This document shows, piece after piece, positions 41,644-54,593 of a DNA stretch of 64,000 bases. Origin of the DNA: Selaginella moellendorffii (lineage: Eukaryota; Plantae; Lycopodiophyta); NCBI RefSeq assembly GCF_000143415.4, contig NW_003314302.1, positions 706,736 through 770,735 of the forward strand, written 5' to 3'. The notes under the pieces were generated by a model. It was given only the letters and a program-made list of their open reading frames with translations, was not told the origin of the DNA and did no database searches. The position numbers and the translations under genes are program-made. Numbering within the stretch: position 1 is the first letter of the stretch; each line of letters opens with the position of its first letter.

Positions 41644-44600
41644 ATGGCCTTCAGGGTTGGGGAAAAGGTTTACATTTTGAATGGTGGGAAGAGAGTTGCA
41701 AAAGGGACCCTTGTGTCTATGGATCGGAACTTTGTTATACACTGTCAAAGGCTTGGGGAAGGCAATGCTGCTGTATCAGTAGAGACTGTCTTCGATGGGA
41801 ATGTGGTCGCTATTAAACGAGGAGAGATAGTTGTCGGGGTAAATGTTTGTATTGCCTTGAAAAATCTTCAGAAGAAAGCAGATGTTGGGGACAGCGCAAG
41901 TGCGATGCATGTTCCCTCTGTGGATCTTAAGAACCGTGCTACATGGATTCAGGCAAAGGTGTTTCTAAACAACCCCGAGGGGGAGGTGGTAGCTGAGGGC
42001 TTAGCCACAGTTGTCGATCCAAGAGATGCGGTTGCTAATCAAGAATTGGGCTGGGATGATATTGGAGTTGCAATTTTAGAGGTTGTTGATATAGAAGAAA
42101 ACAGTCTGACTATTGGAAGCATTGTGCGGTGGAAATTGAGGCACTTAGTGTTTGAGAATGTGAAGGATTCACAATCAAACACCACTACAACTGATGACAG
42201 AACATCTCTTCATGGGAAAAGAAAGTACACCTTCCTAAAGCGCAGCCAAAGGGATCTGAGCAACGAACCGAAAAGGCAGAAAATGGCGATGGAGGTTCGA
42301 ATGGTCTCGACAGTTGCTTGTTGCAAGAGGAGGTGCTGTCAACATGCTGATTGGGATGCTATTGAAGAGGAGAGAGCAAGATACAAGACATTGTCCTGGA
42401 AGGCAACTCGCAATTTTGTGTATGAGGCATTACAGTCATCTATTGATGCTTCAGAACATCAGGTGGGGGGCATGGTCTTCCAGAGGGGTTTGGTCTACAT
42501 GAAGGCATGGAGAATCATTTATGGAGTCCCTCGAACCACATTCTACAGAATCAAAACTGAGTTCGAGGAACAAAGGGTTCAATAGGCAGTCCATGGGAAC
42601 GACGGTACGCACAAAACCAGGGGTCATATTGTATATGGAGAGGCAATCTTCAAGAGGTTTGTTGAGACATGTAGCGAGCAGCAACCACATAAAACCCGCC
42701 TCTTGGAAGATAGAACACGAGACACCCAACGAGTTCTCCCTTCCATGTATACCAAGGGGGCCATATTGGAAGATGTGAATCGGGAACTCCAGAGTAATGG
42801 CTACAGGAAGCTGAGCCAATCTAGATTTAGTAGATTGTGGAGCAACAGGTTCAGGGATGTGAGTATAGGAAAGTACTCCAGCTTTTCAAAGTGTGACGAG
42901 TGCACTGCTATCAAAATGGCTTTGTCGAAGAATTCTTGCAGCGCTCAAGAGCGAGGGACGTTGGTTAGAAGGCGGCTCGACCACAACATTGAGCAGAGAA
43001 GCTGCAGGACTGTATATTATCATAACAGGATTCTGTCCATGGAGAGACCTGACTCTTACCTCTGCATCATCCACGACAAAATGGACAAGAAAAAGACGTG
43101 CTTACCTCGACTCAATCCTGCCCCCAAGGCAATCTCTTCATCCATGCAACTGCCTATGTCTCTGTTTGGCATAATCGCTCATGGGCATGGTGCCCAGAAC
43201 TATGGGAACTTCTTTGTACCTCTATGGGGTGGCGGGGGTGCAAACATGATGATTGCGTCCCTAGCAAAACACTTAAGGTCTCTGCAAAGTGCGCAGACTG
43301 AGCTGAATGGTCAACCCTTGCATAAGGCCCTTGTCGATCGAACCCCATACAGGGTTCAACTGGAGGAGGAGCAAAGGCTTGCAGTATTGCGTGGGGCCCC
43401 ATGCCATCCTAGTGAATATGTTGGCCGTTAGATTGTAGGGTTATCACGTGAGGCCTCATGCCATTCCAACAAGGCTGGTCGCCCGGTGAATGCACAGCCT
43501 CATCCAAACGAAACAGAATCTCAAGGAAGTTCTTGCGGCCGATGTGGTCTTCCACCCCATCTTCTGCTCCAAATAGACAATGCTGGCAGTGAGAACAAAA
43601 ACATGTACATCTTCGCGTACTTGGCGATGCTTGTTGCCAAAGGCATATTTGAAACGGTTACACTTGGCTTTCTCATGGTTGGGCACACTCATGAAGACAT
43701 CGATGCCATGTTCAGTCACCTGGTAGAGTCCCTCCGGCGATCCAATGTCCTCATCCTCCCACAACTCTACGATGAATTCCAAAATTGCATCAAAGGCATT
43801 GTTGAAGCTGCACTTGTGACAGAGGTTCCAGACTTTAAGGGGTTTGTAAGAGGCTACATCAGGGACGGATCCGAAACACTGATTGGCCACTCCAAGCCTC
43901 TTCAGTTTCATTTCAGCATGCGTGACGGTGCTCCAGTGATGAGGTACAAGATGAGAGAATGGGACACAGTGTGGCTGCCAGTGGACGGCATTGAACTCTT
44001 CAAGAGAGATCCCATAACTGGGGAACCTATGATTCCTCAGGGTTCCCCACGGCCGATGCACCCGGATGGACTTAAAGACCAGGAAAGTATAGTGGCCGGG
44101 ATTAGACAGCATATTGCCTTCTGGAAGAGGGGGTTGGTTTTTGGTGGAGAATCCTATTTTAAGAGGTGCAAGCCTTTGCTCGAATACTGGGAGAAGATTA
44201 TATCTGCTATCCAAAATGGGCCGGTTGTATATGAAGAATTGGAAGAGTCCTTTTGGCCAGAACCCAGAGCACCAGATAGTAGCGGAACAATGTCCTCTGG
44301 AAATGCAGTGACAGATAACGATGTTGAGGATCACTATTGTGGGCCGAGGAACAAGAAGCCAGATTCAGCATTCAATCCAGTACAGGTTTGCAAAGGAATG
44401 GTCGCGCTTGTCAGACCCAGTAATAAAAAACAAATGATATGGGTGGGGCGCTGCATCACTGATGCAGAGGAGGACGCAGAAACTAACTCCTTCAATGTAA
44501 CTGTGGAGTGGTTCAAGCCAAGTTCCGGATATACGAAGGATTGCCTAGAAAAGAGATGGGTGCTGAATCCAAGGGATCCCAGCATGAGCATATCGGTGGA

Positions 44601-44785
44601 TAATGTTGTGCATGGTTGGATGCGGAAGCAGAGTGCCACCATCACCTTGCCAGACCAAGCAAGAGATGCAGCAAGAGCATTCATAACCCGGGTTCAAGGT
44701 GAGATTCATTAATATTCCTTTACTAAGTTTCTAATGTATTTTATTTCAAGGTGAACAATCCGAATCTGAATCAGAGGAGGCGTGA
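41644..44785 (+). CDS. Sola-like DDD transposase with two N-terminal Tnp1/En/Spm-like repeats and a C-terminal BAH-like barrel; one nonsense codon
   Basis: CC..CC, FSKCDEC, CIIHDKMD, LQIDNAGSENKN, FLMVGHTHEDIDAMFS. In-frame TAG at 42583-42585; an intron ending at 43473; last intron 44699-44750. Confidence 0.8.
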
Positions 44786-46342
44786 TGGCATGTGGCCTTA
44801 CGCCATTCCTAGGTGAGATGATACAAATAACAAGTATAAATTCTTAGTTGTTCTAGCAAATCTTACTTAAAGTTCAAGGTGAACAAGCCGAATATGAATT
44901 CATCGGATTGTTATAACAAATTGCGAGGTGATGGCATGAGGCGATACGCCATTTGAGAGTGGTAGCCATTCCTATATGAGGTGAGTGAAATATTTATTAG
45001 AAATACCTCATTCAATTGTGCACTTCTAAGTCTTGGTCCACTCAGTACTGTTTGCATGTTTCTATTTTAATTCTTTCTCTAAAATGTTATTTAGCATGTG
45101 GCTTCATGCCATTGCTCTCCACAATCATGCATTGAATTTTTCTATCCTTGCATAATACTTCTCCATATATATAACATGTGCGCACATGTGATATGGTTCA
45201 TTAGGCCTGATATAGTGTGTGAGGTAAAACAAAGATGATGTGACATATGCATTTACCAATCACACGTGCATAAATCTAATAATATGGCATGTGGCCCATA
45301 TTAATGGCACATAAACCCATATTGTGGGCTTACATGCTTTATGTACCATCATTCCCTTGCAGCGTGTGTGTTGGTTTCCTTTTATAACACAACGAACTCC
45401 ATATTTTAGGGTGAAGAGCGTTCTCATGGCAAGCACAAAATCTGTAAGTGAGGCAGAAAAGGAGACGAAGAAGGAGATAGGTGAAGATGTAGAATATATA
45501 AGTCTTCCAAACTCCCCGTACTATACTCCAGGTGATCATTTTTCTGAACAAACGGCAACATTAACAACTATCGAGAACGCCCCAGTAACGTCAGAGACAA
45601 CAATCCAAAGCAAAACAACTGACCCGGAGAAGGATGATAGTACCGCTGAGAGTACCAAAAAGGAGGTGTCCACTAGCGCTTAGGCTTATAATGGCGTGTG
45701 CCCTCATGCCATTTACTTGATCACCAAATACCTTTTTCCCTTTGCACTAGTATATCTTAATACCGGTCTAAGAAATAGAATGGCATGTGCCCTCAGGCCT
45801 TTTACTAAATCACCTTTGAAAGAAATGCAAGCCTCTATGTCGTAAAAAAAAGGTACTAGAGAAATTCCTTAATAATATGAATGTTATTTAGTTTCATGAA
45901 AATACACTAAGGGTCAAATGAGTTAAATGACTTCTCCAGACTAGCAATGCCTCTTGCTACACCTTCACAATTAGATTCGTTAGAAAAAGATAACATTGAA
46001 TAATATCTAAATGTTCTCACCATTAAGTTATATGTCTGGCTAATAGGAATGACGTTCATCTTGGAAAGCTCACCACACGCTCAATGAACAAACAAATAGT
46101 GTGTGCGCGCATGCCATCGCTCTTCTTTAGCTTCAGATTCGGCTTGTTCACCTTGACAATGAGATTTATTATACAACCAGATGGACTCAGTCTAGACACA
46201 AAGTCACCGCGCTAGTCACCATGCCCCAGATATGTCTAGCCCCTGGACAAAAAAATATAATTTCACGTCATTTTCAAATACTTGAAAATTTGTACCTAGT
46301 CCCATTTTACTGAATAAATCCCACTTTAACGAAATAGAGCTT

Positions 46343-49300
46343 GTCCGCACATCGTCCCAGAAGGTTGTTGTTGCGCTGGATATTGCCAACCTCAAGCTCG
46401 CTTTTCGACTTAGCGCATCTGCCACGATGTTGCTCTTCCCAGGCTTGTACAGAATCTCGCAATCAAACTCAGCCAAGGCATTGGCCCACCGACCTTGTTT
46501 CCCTCTCAGGTCGAGCTGTGACAAGAAGTGTTTCGTTGCCACATTGTCCGTGTAAACCTTGAAGTGTCTCCCAAGGTAATGTCACCACTCCTTGAGTGCT
46601 TTGACCACCGCAAACAATTCCTTCTCGTGGGCAGGCCACTTCCGTTGAGCCTTGTCCAACTTCTTCGAGAAGAACGCTACCGGATGGTTGTGTTGCTTCA
46701 AAACTGTGCCCAACACAAAGTCCAAAGCATCCGTTTCTACCTCAAAGTCCTTACCAAAGTCTGGTAATGCCAATACGGGAGCCTTCCTCAACTTCCCTTT
46801 GAGGTGGACAAATGCCGCCTCGCATTCCGCTGTCCACACCATCTTCCCTTTTCCTGTTTGGTCCGTTAAGGGTAGGGCTACTCTCGAATAGTGTCTGATA
46901 AACTTTCGATAGTCCCCAGGAATGCCCTCAACTCGTATACATTCGATGGTCGCTCCCATTCCTGGATCGCTTGGACCTTCTCCGGGTCCACCTTGAGCCT
47001 GTCCTGGCCCACCACATGCCCAAGAAACTTTACCTCTTGTTGAGCAAAGTCACATTTGCTCTCTTTAGCATACAGTTTGTGTTCCCTTAGTTTCTCAAAC
47101 ACCTTCGCCAAGTGTTCGGCATGCTCCTCTAGCGTCTCGCTATAGATCAGGATGTCGTCGATATAGACGACCACGAAGTGATCTAGATAGGGTACAAAGA
47201 TGTGGTTCATTAGCGCCGAAAATGTTGCCGGTGCATTACATAGCCCGAAGGGCATCACCAGAAACTCAAAGCTCCCATACCTCGTTCGACGGGTTATCTT
47301 CTCGACATCTTCCTTGGCTACCCTGATCTGGTATTATCCTGACCTTAGGTCAATCCTCGAGAAGTATTTTTCCTTTCCCAACCTATCAAACAGGTCCTTA
47401 ATTCTTGGCAAAGGGTACTTGTTCTTCTTTGTATACTTGTTGAGCAACCGGTAGTCTATGCACATGCGCATAGATCCATCTTTCTTTTTCACAAATAACA
47501 CTGGCGCCCCATACGGCGACTTGCTCAACCTAACATACCCTTTGTCCACCAACTCCTCTAGTTGGCACTTGAGCTCCTTGAGTTCTTTTTCGTTCAAACG
47601 ATAAGGGGGTTGAACCACCGCCTCAGCACCCTCGACCAGCTCAATCTTATGTTCTATCGGTCGTGCGGGGGGCAACCCCGCCAATAACTCCTCCGGCATG
47701 GTATCCTGGAATTGGTCCAACACCCATTGGATCACTAAAGGTACTTCTTCCGTTCCTGTCTTTTTGTCACTCTTCACCGAGAGTAAGCACAAAAAAGCTG
47801 CCTTAATCCCTTTAGTGAGTTATCCTCTCGTGGACACCAGGTTTAAGCAAGATTCTTTGGCCTTGCTTTGCCCTACCTTTAGATCTTGGGCCTCCACCCT
47901 AGATCTTCTTCCTTGGGCATTTGCCAGTACCACAAGGTTTCTACCTTGTCCATGCAGGGCTACCACAAACCGATTGAACCAGTTCATTCCGAAGATCACA
48001 TCAAATCCCGCCATGTCCAACACAATGAAGTCCATGTCCACTTTCCAAGTCCCTACTTCGACTCTCACTTGTCGAAGTACCTCATCGGTGCTTTGGCTAC
48101 CTTGAACAAACTCTATAGTCCTGGGTTCGCCTAGCCGCTGCACCGTTAGTCCGGCTTGCCGGACTATGTCTGCAGCCACAAAATTATCCGAAGCACCCGT
48201 GTCAATAAGGATCTTAACAAAGCTACCTCCGAGTTTTCCTCGGAGGGCTAGTAGATGTCGCGAGCGACTCTCTACCAAAGTTGCTCGTGTAATGAGTAAC
48301 TTTGAGTTAGGGACTGGATCACATACCTCAGTTTGGACTTCACCCAATTTGATGGCCATATTGGCTCTGGCCTTCTTCGGGTAGGGACATTCCCTCGAAA
48401 AGTGTCCCGCTTCACCGCAGTTGTAGCATACGTTGTTTCCCACGCTGCTATACGACTTGACCTTCTTATCCGTGAGTTTGTCTCTTTTCGCTTGACTCCC
48501 CCACGTACTCGCTTGCTGGCCACTGGATTTGCCTTTCCGGAACCCCGAGGACTCATTCTTAGAGAAACTCCTCTTGAATTTCCCTCTGCTAAACGTTCCC
48601 CTTGGTTTGGCCCCTTTGCTAAATGTGGATCCCGACCCCGTCGTGTTCCCCTTTCGCAGATTACCGTTGAAATGCACCTTGATGGCTGCATCCAACGCTT
48701 CCTTGTAGTTGGTCGGGTTCCACCGCATCACTTCACCGCGAGCCCAGGTTTGCAAACCTGATATGAAGGCATGGAACGCATCCATATCCCCCATGTCCGT
48801 GACAAGTATCCTTTTTGCCATAAACCCATTCACATACTCCTGAATGGTTCCGATCTGCTTCAGTCTACTCAGCTCGTCCCTTAGATGCAGAGTAGCATTC
48901 GGAGGAACGTAAGTTGCGCGGATCCTTGCCTTCATCATTTCCCAAGTGGCCACCGGTCCTTCGTTGGCCTCTATCGTTCTCCACCAAGACTTGGCATTAT
49001 CTGCCAAGTATGGTTTTGCACATGGGACCTTCTCCGAGCTCGGTAATCGCAACGCTCGGAAGTAGTCCTCTATATCGTAAAACCAATCCTCCACCACCTT
49101 ATAGTCGTTCACTCCCTTGAAGACCGGTGGGGGCTTTGGTTTGTACTTGGGAACTGCCTGAGGGACTGATTCCACTTCGGTCTATTCGACTTTGTCTAGT
49201 TTTGCCTCAGTCCCTGCCGAAGGGTCCGCACCTTCTGCGCTGCCCGCATCCGCAGTCTTTTGCTTTTTCTTCCGCTTCTCGTCACGCTTTAGCTTGTGTA

Positions 49301-49526
49301 CGAGAGTCTCTAGCAGGGCATTCGTCTGTGCCAATTGTCCTTCTAGAACGTCCAATCGAGCCTTGGACGACCGAACCTCGCCACCGGACTCCTGTTTGGA
49401 AGTTTCCTCACTGGAGTCCTCCTCATGCAAGGATTCCTCATCCATAGCCTCTTGTTCGACTGGAGGCTCCAACTCTGGCGGAGGTTCTGTCTCCGCCTGG
49501 GTTCGCTTACGCCCTGCCTTTGCCAT
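46343..49526 (-). pseudogene. gag-pol (gag, CCHC, PR, RT, RNase H) of the outer chromovirus; single ORF with several stops
   Basis: CYNCGEAGHFSREC, LIDTGAS, YIDD, ETDAL. In-frame stops at 49182, 47820, 47334 and 46582; frameshift ~46915. Confidence 0.93.
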
Positions 49527-52102
49527 CTCCCAGCAATCCGCCTCTATCCTTCGCTAGAACTGAGGGAAAGGCTCCAATACCAAATTGTAAGCCACAAATT
49601 TTTCCTTTCCAATTTGCCAGCTTACCTTGACTATCCGTCCAACTCTGCCTTGTCTTGTGCTAAGTTCCCTCGCCAAGGTTCTCGCCTATAGTACCAGCTC
49701 CTACTTGGTCCTACTTGGTTTCAACTACTCACTGCATGAGCAACGGAGTGTTAGCCATCCATCTACGGATTCCCAAATCTCTCCCAATCCCCCTCCCCAG
49801 GTTAGACTGGACTTAAGGTTTGGCTACACTCCCCGTAGGCACAAGCAGCCAAGCACACCAAGCCTCCAGATTCCTAACACCCCTTGGTACCACAAGACTT
49901 GATCATGGGACCCTCTAAATCCCAAGCCTTGGGTGCAGCACTTGCTTCGGGACGTCGGGGCGAAACACCGTGGCCTAATGGCCCGGTATGGGTACCTCTA
50001 CCCCCCCACTTCCATCCCGAAGGGAAGGCCCAAGCCCCTAGGAAGGGCAAGGACCAATGAGCCACAAGGTACTCAAGTGGGGCACCACTCCACCTGAGCC
50101 GGGAGCATCGCAGTCGGTTTCCCTTTCGGGAGTGGGAGCTGCTCTTGAGCACTTCCCTGGGTGGCCCCTCCGGCACCACCCAAGCCCATGCTCACTCCCA
50201 CCCAAGGCCCCTCGGCCCCAGTCTCAACCTCAAGTCAGTTTGGAAGCACCACTAGAGAATTCCTTCAAGAGGGGGTCCGGGGCCCCCCAATCCCTTATAA
50301 ATTTTTGGAACCCCTTGGGGGCCCCCCCCCCCCCCCCCCCCCCCCAGGAGACACACGCTTTGGGCTTTCACCCCTTGACCCGTATTAGTATTTGGACTTA
50401 GTCTCTGGCTCGATCTCGGACCCAATTTCAGATCCGACTTCGGATTCGGTCTCGGACTCGATCTCGGACTCGATCTCGGACCCGATCTCGGACCCGACCT
50501 CGGACTCGACCTCGGACTCGGTCTCGGACCCGATTTCGGATCTCGGACTCCGTCTCGAACTCGGTCTCAAACTCGGACTCGAACTCGGTCCCCGAGTCGA
50601 TCTCGGACTCGATTCCGGACTCTATCTCAAACTCGGTCCTAGAGTCGGTCTTGGACTCGATCCTTGACTTGGTCCCATCCGATGAACTCTTTGTCATTTC
50701 GGTCAAGCTTTTGGGGATCCTTTAGCCTACGACATCTCGGGGAGTCGGTTCCTTATAGTGACCTCCCGGGAAGTCCAAACTCATAAGCTTACATTTAGTA
50801 TTAGAGGGTCTCAAGTCAGACTCTGTTGGTTGGCTAGGTGAATCACACCATATATTGATTGACATCTGGCATGGTTGGCTAAGGGAATCACACCATATAT
50901 TGATTGACATCTGGCAAGGGTCCAGTGTGCTCTGGCTGAGCTTGACCCAAGGGTAGGATGTTAAGAGAGCAGGGCTCTTAGGAGAGTTGCGGCTCTCAGC
51001 TTCCATTCACGAGGGGCATACTCTTAGGAGAGTTGCGGCTCTCAGCTTCCATTCACGAGGGGCATGAACTTGCGGGGAAGCGTGGTGGATTGTAAGCAAT
51101 CAAAAGGAACGACTCGAAAAACAATCCATAGGGTTCAAATATATAGGGAAAAGGCCTATGAATAAGAGTGCACCCCCTTTTCCAATTGGTTAAGGGTCTT
51201 AGGATATTTGGGGTTAAGCGTCCTTAGGTTTGAATAGTACTGGGTTGGGTGACCTCCCGGGAAGTCCAAATTCAGGAGCTTACAGTGTGGAAGCACCAGC
51301 AATGAGTTGGTAGAACTTGACAACTATGAGGTAACTAAGCAAAAGGTGAAAAATAATTGATTAAACTAGTAGAAAGTAACTACTAGAAGGAAGTTGGATA
51401 TACCCTTATGGGGGATAAATTATTTATGTTGCGATATAGTAAGTTAATGTTGTAAAGGGAATGTTTATTGAAGAAGGCCATTATTGGGATACCAAACACT
51501 CCAAAACACCAAGTGATGTTTAGTGTCGTGAGGGCATTAAATAAGGCCTGAGGGACTAAGTGTCTAACGAATGATGGATAGAAGGTGCTATCTAATGTTT
51601 AAGGTTGCAAAGACGGGAGTAGTCCATCTATCCAAATTGGATAAAACCAAAAAGAAATTTTGGCAATGCTAATAATAGGCATATAAAAGCCCATAAGTAA
51701 CAACATTAATCCCGATGTGTGGGATTACAAGGTGAGCGTACTCAGATTGAGGAATTACTCCCTAGGCTATCGAGTGGATTCATCCCTAAGAATACTTGCT
51801 AAGGCATTGTAGAAAGTGCAAAGCTATCCTCTTAGTTTGGAAGAGAATAACCGAAAAAAATGTATGAGGCCAAAAGTAAATAGTAAAGGGATAGAACCGG
51901 AACCATAAAAATTAAAGAGTATAACTAAGGGTGGTTATGCAAGTTGGGAATGGAAAATCAAATGGGTGCTCGAGCATGTTATTATTAACATCCATGATGC
52001 CATGAAGAGTCTAAAGCATAAAATTGTTTATGTTAAATCATATAGCAATTAAAAAATTTGCGAAAGGAGAGGTCTTAGCAAGCTAAAGGACAGAGTTCCT
52101 TC

Positions 52103-52234
52103 AAAGGTTCCCAAAAATAATTCTAGGTAGCTTAGTACCTAGAAAGCTAAGACTTAGCTTTCTAGGTACTAAGCTACCTAGAATTATTTTTGGGAACCTT
52201 TTGGGAACCTTTTGGGAACCTTTTGGGAACCTTT
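52103..52234. repeat. Perfect ~49-bp-arm hairpin followed by a tandem tttgggaacct repeat
   Basis: aaaggttcccaaaaataattctaggtagcttagtacctagaaagctaag-a-cttagc...gggaaccttt. Confidence 0.92.
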
Positions 52235-53725
52235 GTAAATAGTTTATAAAATGTGCAAAATCAGAGTGGCACAACAGAAGTGTAGTTTTGAAACTTGCCA
52301 TAAGGCAAAGCTATCAAGGTTGGGGAAGTAGTTTCCGAGTGTTTAAAGGGATGGCTTTGGATGAAAGTCAATAGTTAGGGACTTTCACACTTATACATGA
52401 AACTATGTTACGTTGGTCGGATGACTTGCTAAGCGAGATTAGCAAGTCAAGGGAACAAATACCCTAGTTGAAGGTGCTAACTTCAAAAAAAAGGTGGCCC
52501 ATATGGCCAAGCATGGAAGAGTTCATGCATGATCACAAACTTGTCAAGAGGATTGGGCAGTGTAGAGGAATTAGGTTCCTAAATCGTGATCTGTAGTGTG
52601 CTTTAAATATAAGTTGGTGCACCAGTGTGGGGAGTCACGTCAGACATCCTAGGTGATGCCATCCATAGATGCATATATGGAGGTTGGGTTCAAATCCCAA
52701 CCCTCTAGTGCATGGGTTCAAGTCCCAACTCATTAGGGCATAGTGATGGTTTGGAATATGAGGAGACTTATTTTTTGGTGGTCATGGACTCTCATAATGG
52801 AGACTGGCTTGGGCACACCCCCAAGCGGGGGATGCCTCGGAGCTGTGATATATAATTAAATTGCTTAGTGTGGCTCGGCATATTTAACTTGAACACTTTG
52901 GTGCCAGTGGCATCAAGGACGTGATGAATGAGATGGGGACACCCAATTTCAATTGTTATGGACCCTTGGCTAGAAGGGCTAGCTTAGGTGCACCGCCAAG
53001 TGTGGAGGATGCCCCTGAGGCCATGGTCAACAAGTTAAAGGTTTAAAAGACCTAATATCTATTAGCAAACCTGTTAAAGTGACAAAGGTTAGATCATTAG
53101 GTGATCTTATGGTTAAACAAGGACGAGGTTCTTATGAAGTTAAGGAATAAAATTCTTAGTTCAAAGCGTTGATTTGAACTATTGATAATGGTGTGGCTTG
53201 ATCAAGGTGACCAAGTGGGAAGAACACCTAAAGGGAAATTAGTTGTGCCGATACAATGGTATAGTGAATCCAAAAAAGTAGCCTCTAAGAAAGACCCATG
53301 GGAAGGTTGCAAAATTGGGCTATCAATGGAATCTGTAGCAAAAAGTGCTAAAGAGACCTATTAAGGGTGAGCACTCTATGAACTTGACAAAGTGGAGCCT
53401 TTGCTATGGAACTAAAAGGATATCTCGAGAATGGAGGTAGTGATCCTATGTTTCTTGGTGCAACAATCAAAGGATAGAAGCAAAAAACTAGTGGCCAAGT
53501 TTGGGCCATGGAATTCGTTATAAGGAATTCAAATAGCAACGTTAGGCGAAGAACACTAATGTATTAGATGCTAACGGATTGTGGAAAAGGGAGTGTGTTT
53601 CCAAGGATAGATTCCCAAATGTTCCAATTTGGCAAAAATGAAAGTTCTAAGTGAGGGAATAGCAAGATAGCTAAATGATAGAGCCATAGACAACCTTAAC
53701 ACAACTTATGATAAGTAGAACTTGA

Positions 53726-54012
53726 ATGCTTTATTTCGTTAAAGTGGAACTTATTCAGTAAAGTGGAACATTAATTAGCATGTGTCCACATGCCATTTCC
53801 TAGTACTTAATTAATATTTATTAATATTTCTATCAGTTTTTTAATTTATTTTTTATATTTCACAATATTATAATACAAAATAATATGAAAAGTTTTTAAT
53901 TTATAAATTATAAAGCTAAAACTTCAATTTTTTATTGTTGTTATAAAAATGGCATGTGGCTACACACCATAAGTGGGATAATGAAAAGTTCCACTTTAAC
54001 GAAATAAAGCAT
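53726..54012 (-). mobile_element. 287-bp MITE related to the Sola-like transposon
   Basis: TIR atgctttatttcgttaaagtggaac and TSD ttga/ttgg. Both subtermini match those of 28036-46342. Absent from the LARD copy at ~59590. Confidence 0.88.
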
Positions 54013-54593
54013 TTGGTGCCAAAAGTGGAATGAAATAGAAAAGAGGATGATAGTGCCCTCAAGTAGAGAACTTTCTAAGCTGGGGAAGTGGAGCTTACAT
54101 AATATGTGCAATAAAAAGTGTTAGAGACACCTAGAAAATTAATTTTGAAAAGTCAAGATTAAAAGTTCCAAAGTGGAATGACTATCAATAGAAGTTGAGA
54201 CTACTCAAGAATATGTAATGGGATGGAGATAGAGGTGTTTTTAACGGGTTTAGCAAGAACTAAACTAATAAAAGGGAGAGAACCACCATAGGTGGTCGAA
54301 TGAGTCTCTATGTTAGAGAGATTATGCTCTTTAGAGGATGGACACAACATGGTGAGCCTTTTGTGACAAACCATTGACGAATATTGGCTAGATGCCAAGG
54401 ATGGAAAAGGTAATACATGTTGGTGTTACTTTAGAAAATGGTTTATCTTTCAATAAGGACATCAAACTTTGTCTATAAGTGGTGGAGTTGTGAGACACAA
54501 ATCCCTAAGCCACAATATGGAGCCGAAAGGGTGCCACATGGTAGTGGTCGAAGCAAAAGCCAAACGAGCATAACACATTTGGACTAAAGCTCT

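Larger units (their letters stand above)
28036..46342 (+). mobile_element. Large TIR DNA transposon, Sola-like, ~12.6 kb without its nested insertion
   Basis: Perfect 24-bp TIR aagctctatttcgttaaagtggga and 4-bp TSD gtcc. Removing it restores the host pol frame WDDVRT|AYENDG. Confidence 0.93.
24873..50757 (-). mobile_element. Ty3/gypsy chromovirus (tRNA-Met primed), interrupted by a DNA transposon
   Basis: LTRs 24873-26051 (3') and 49586-50757 (5'), perfect TSD gtgac, PBS tggtattggagc, PPT ctatgggtggtggagt, order gag-PR-RT-RH-IN-chromodomain. Confidence 0.95.
24710..51284 (+). mobile_element. Cassandra-type TRIM with 5S-derived LTRs, split by a chromovirus insertion
   Basis: LTR1 = 24710-24872 plus 50763-50793; internal 50794-51090; LTR2 51091-51284. 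TSD atatg/gtgtg; the uninterrupted LARD copy reads ggag-gtgtg-gaagc at ~57360. Confidence 0.88.

Noticed and set aside
50258-50346. Divergent block between the two chromovirus LTRs
   Set aside because: Mismatches cluster beside a long poly-C run, so sequencing error is more likely than gene conversion.
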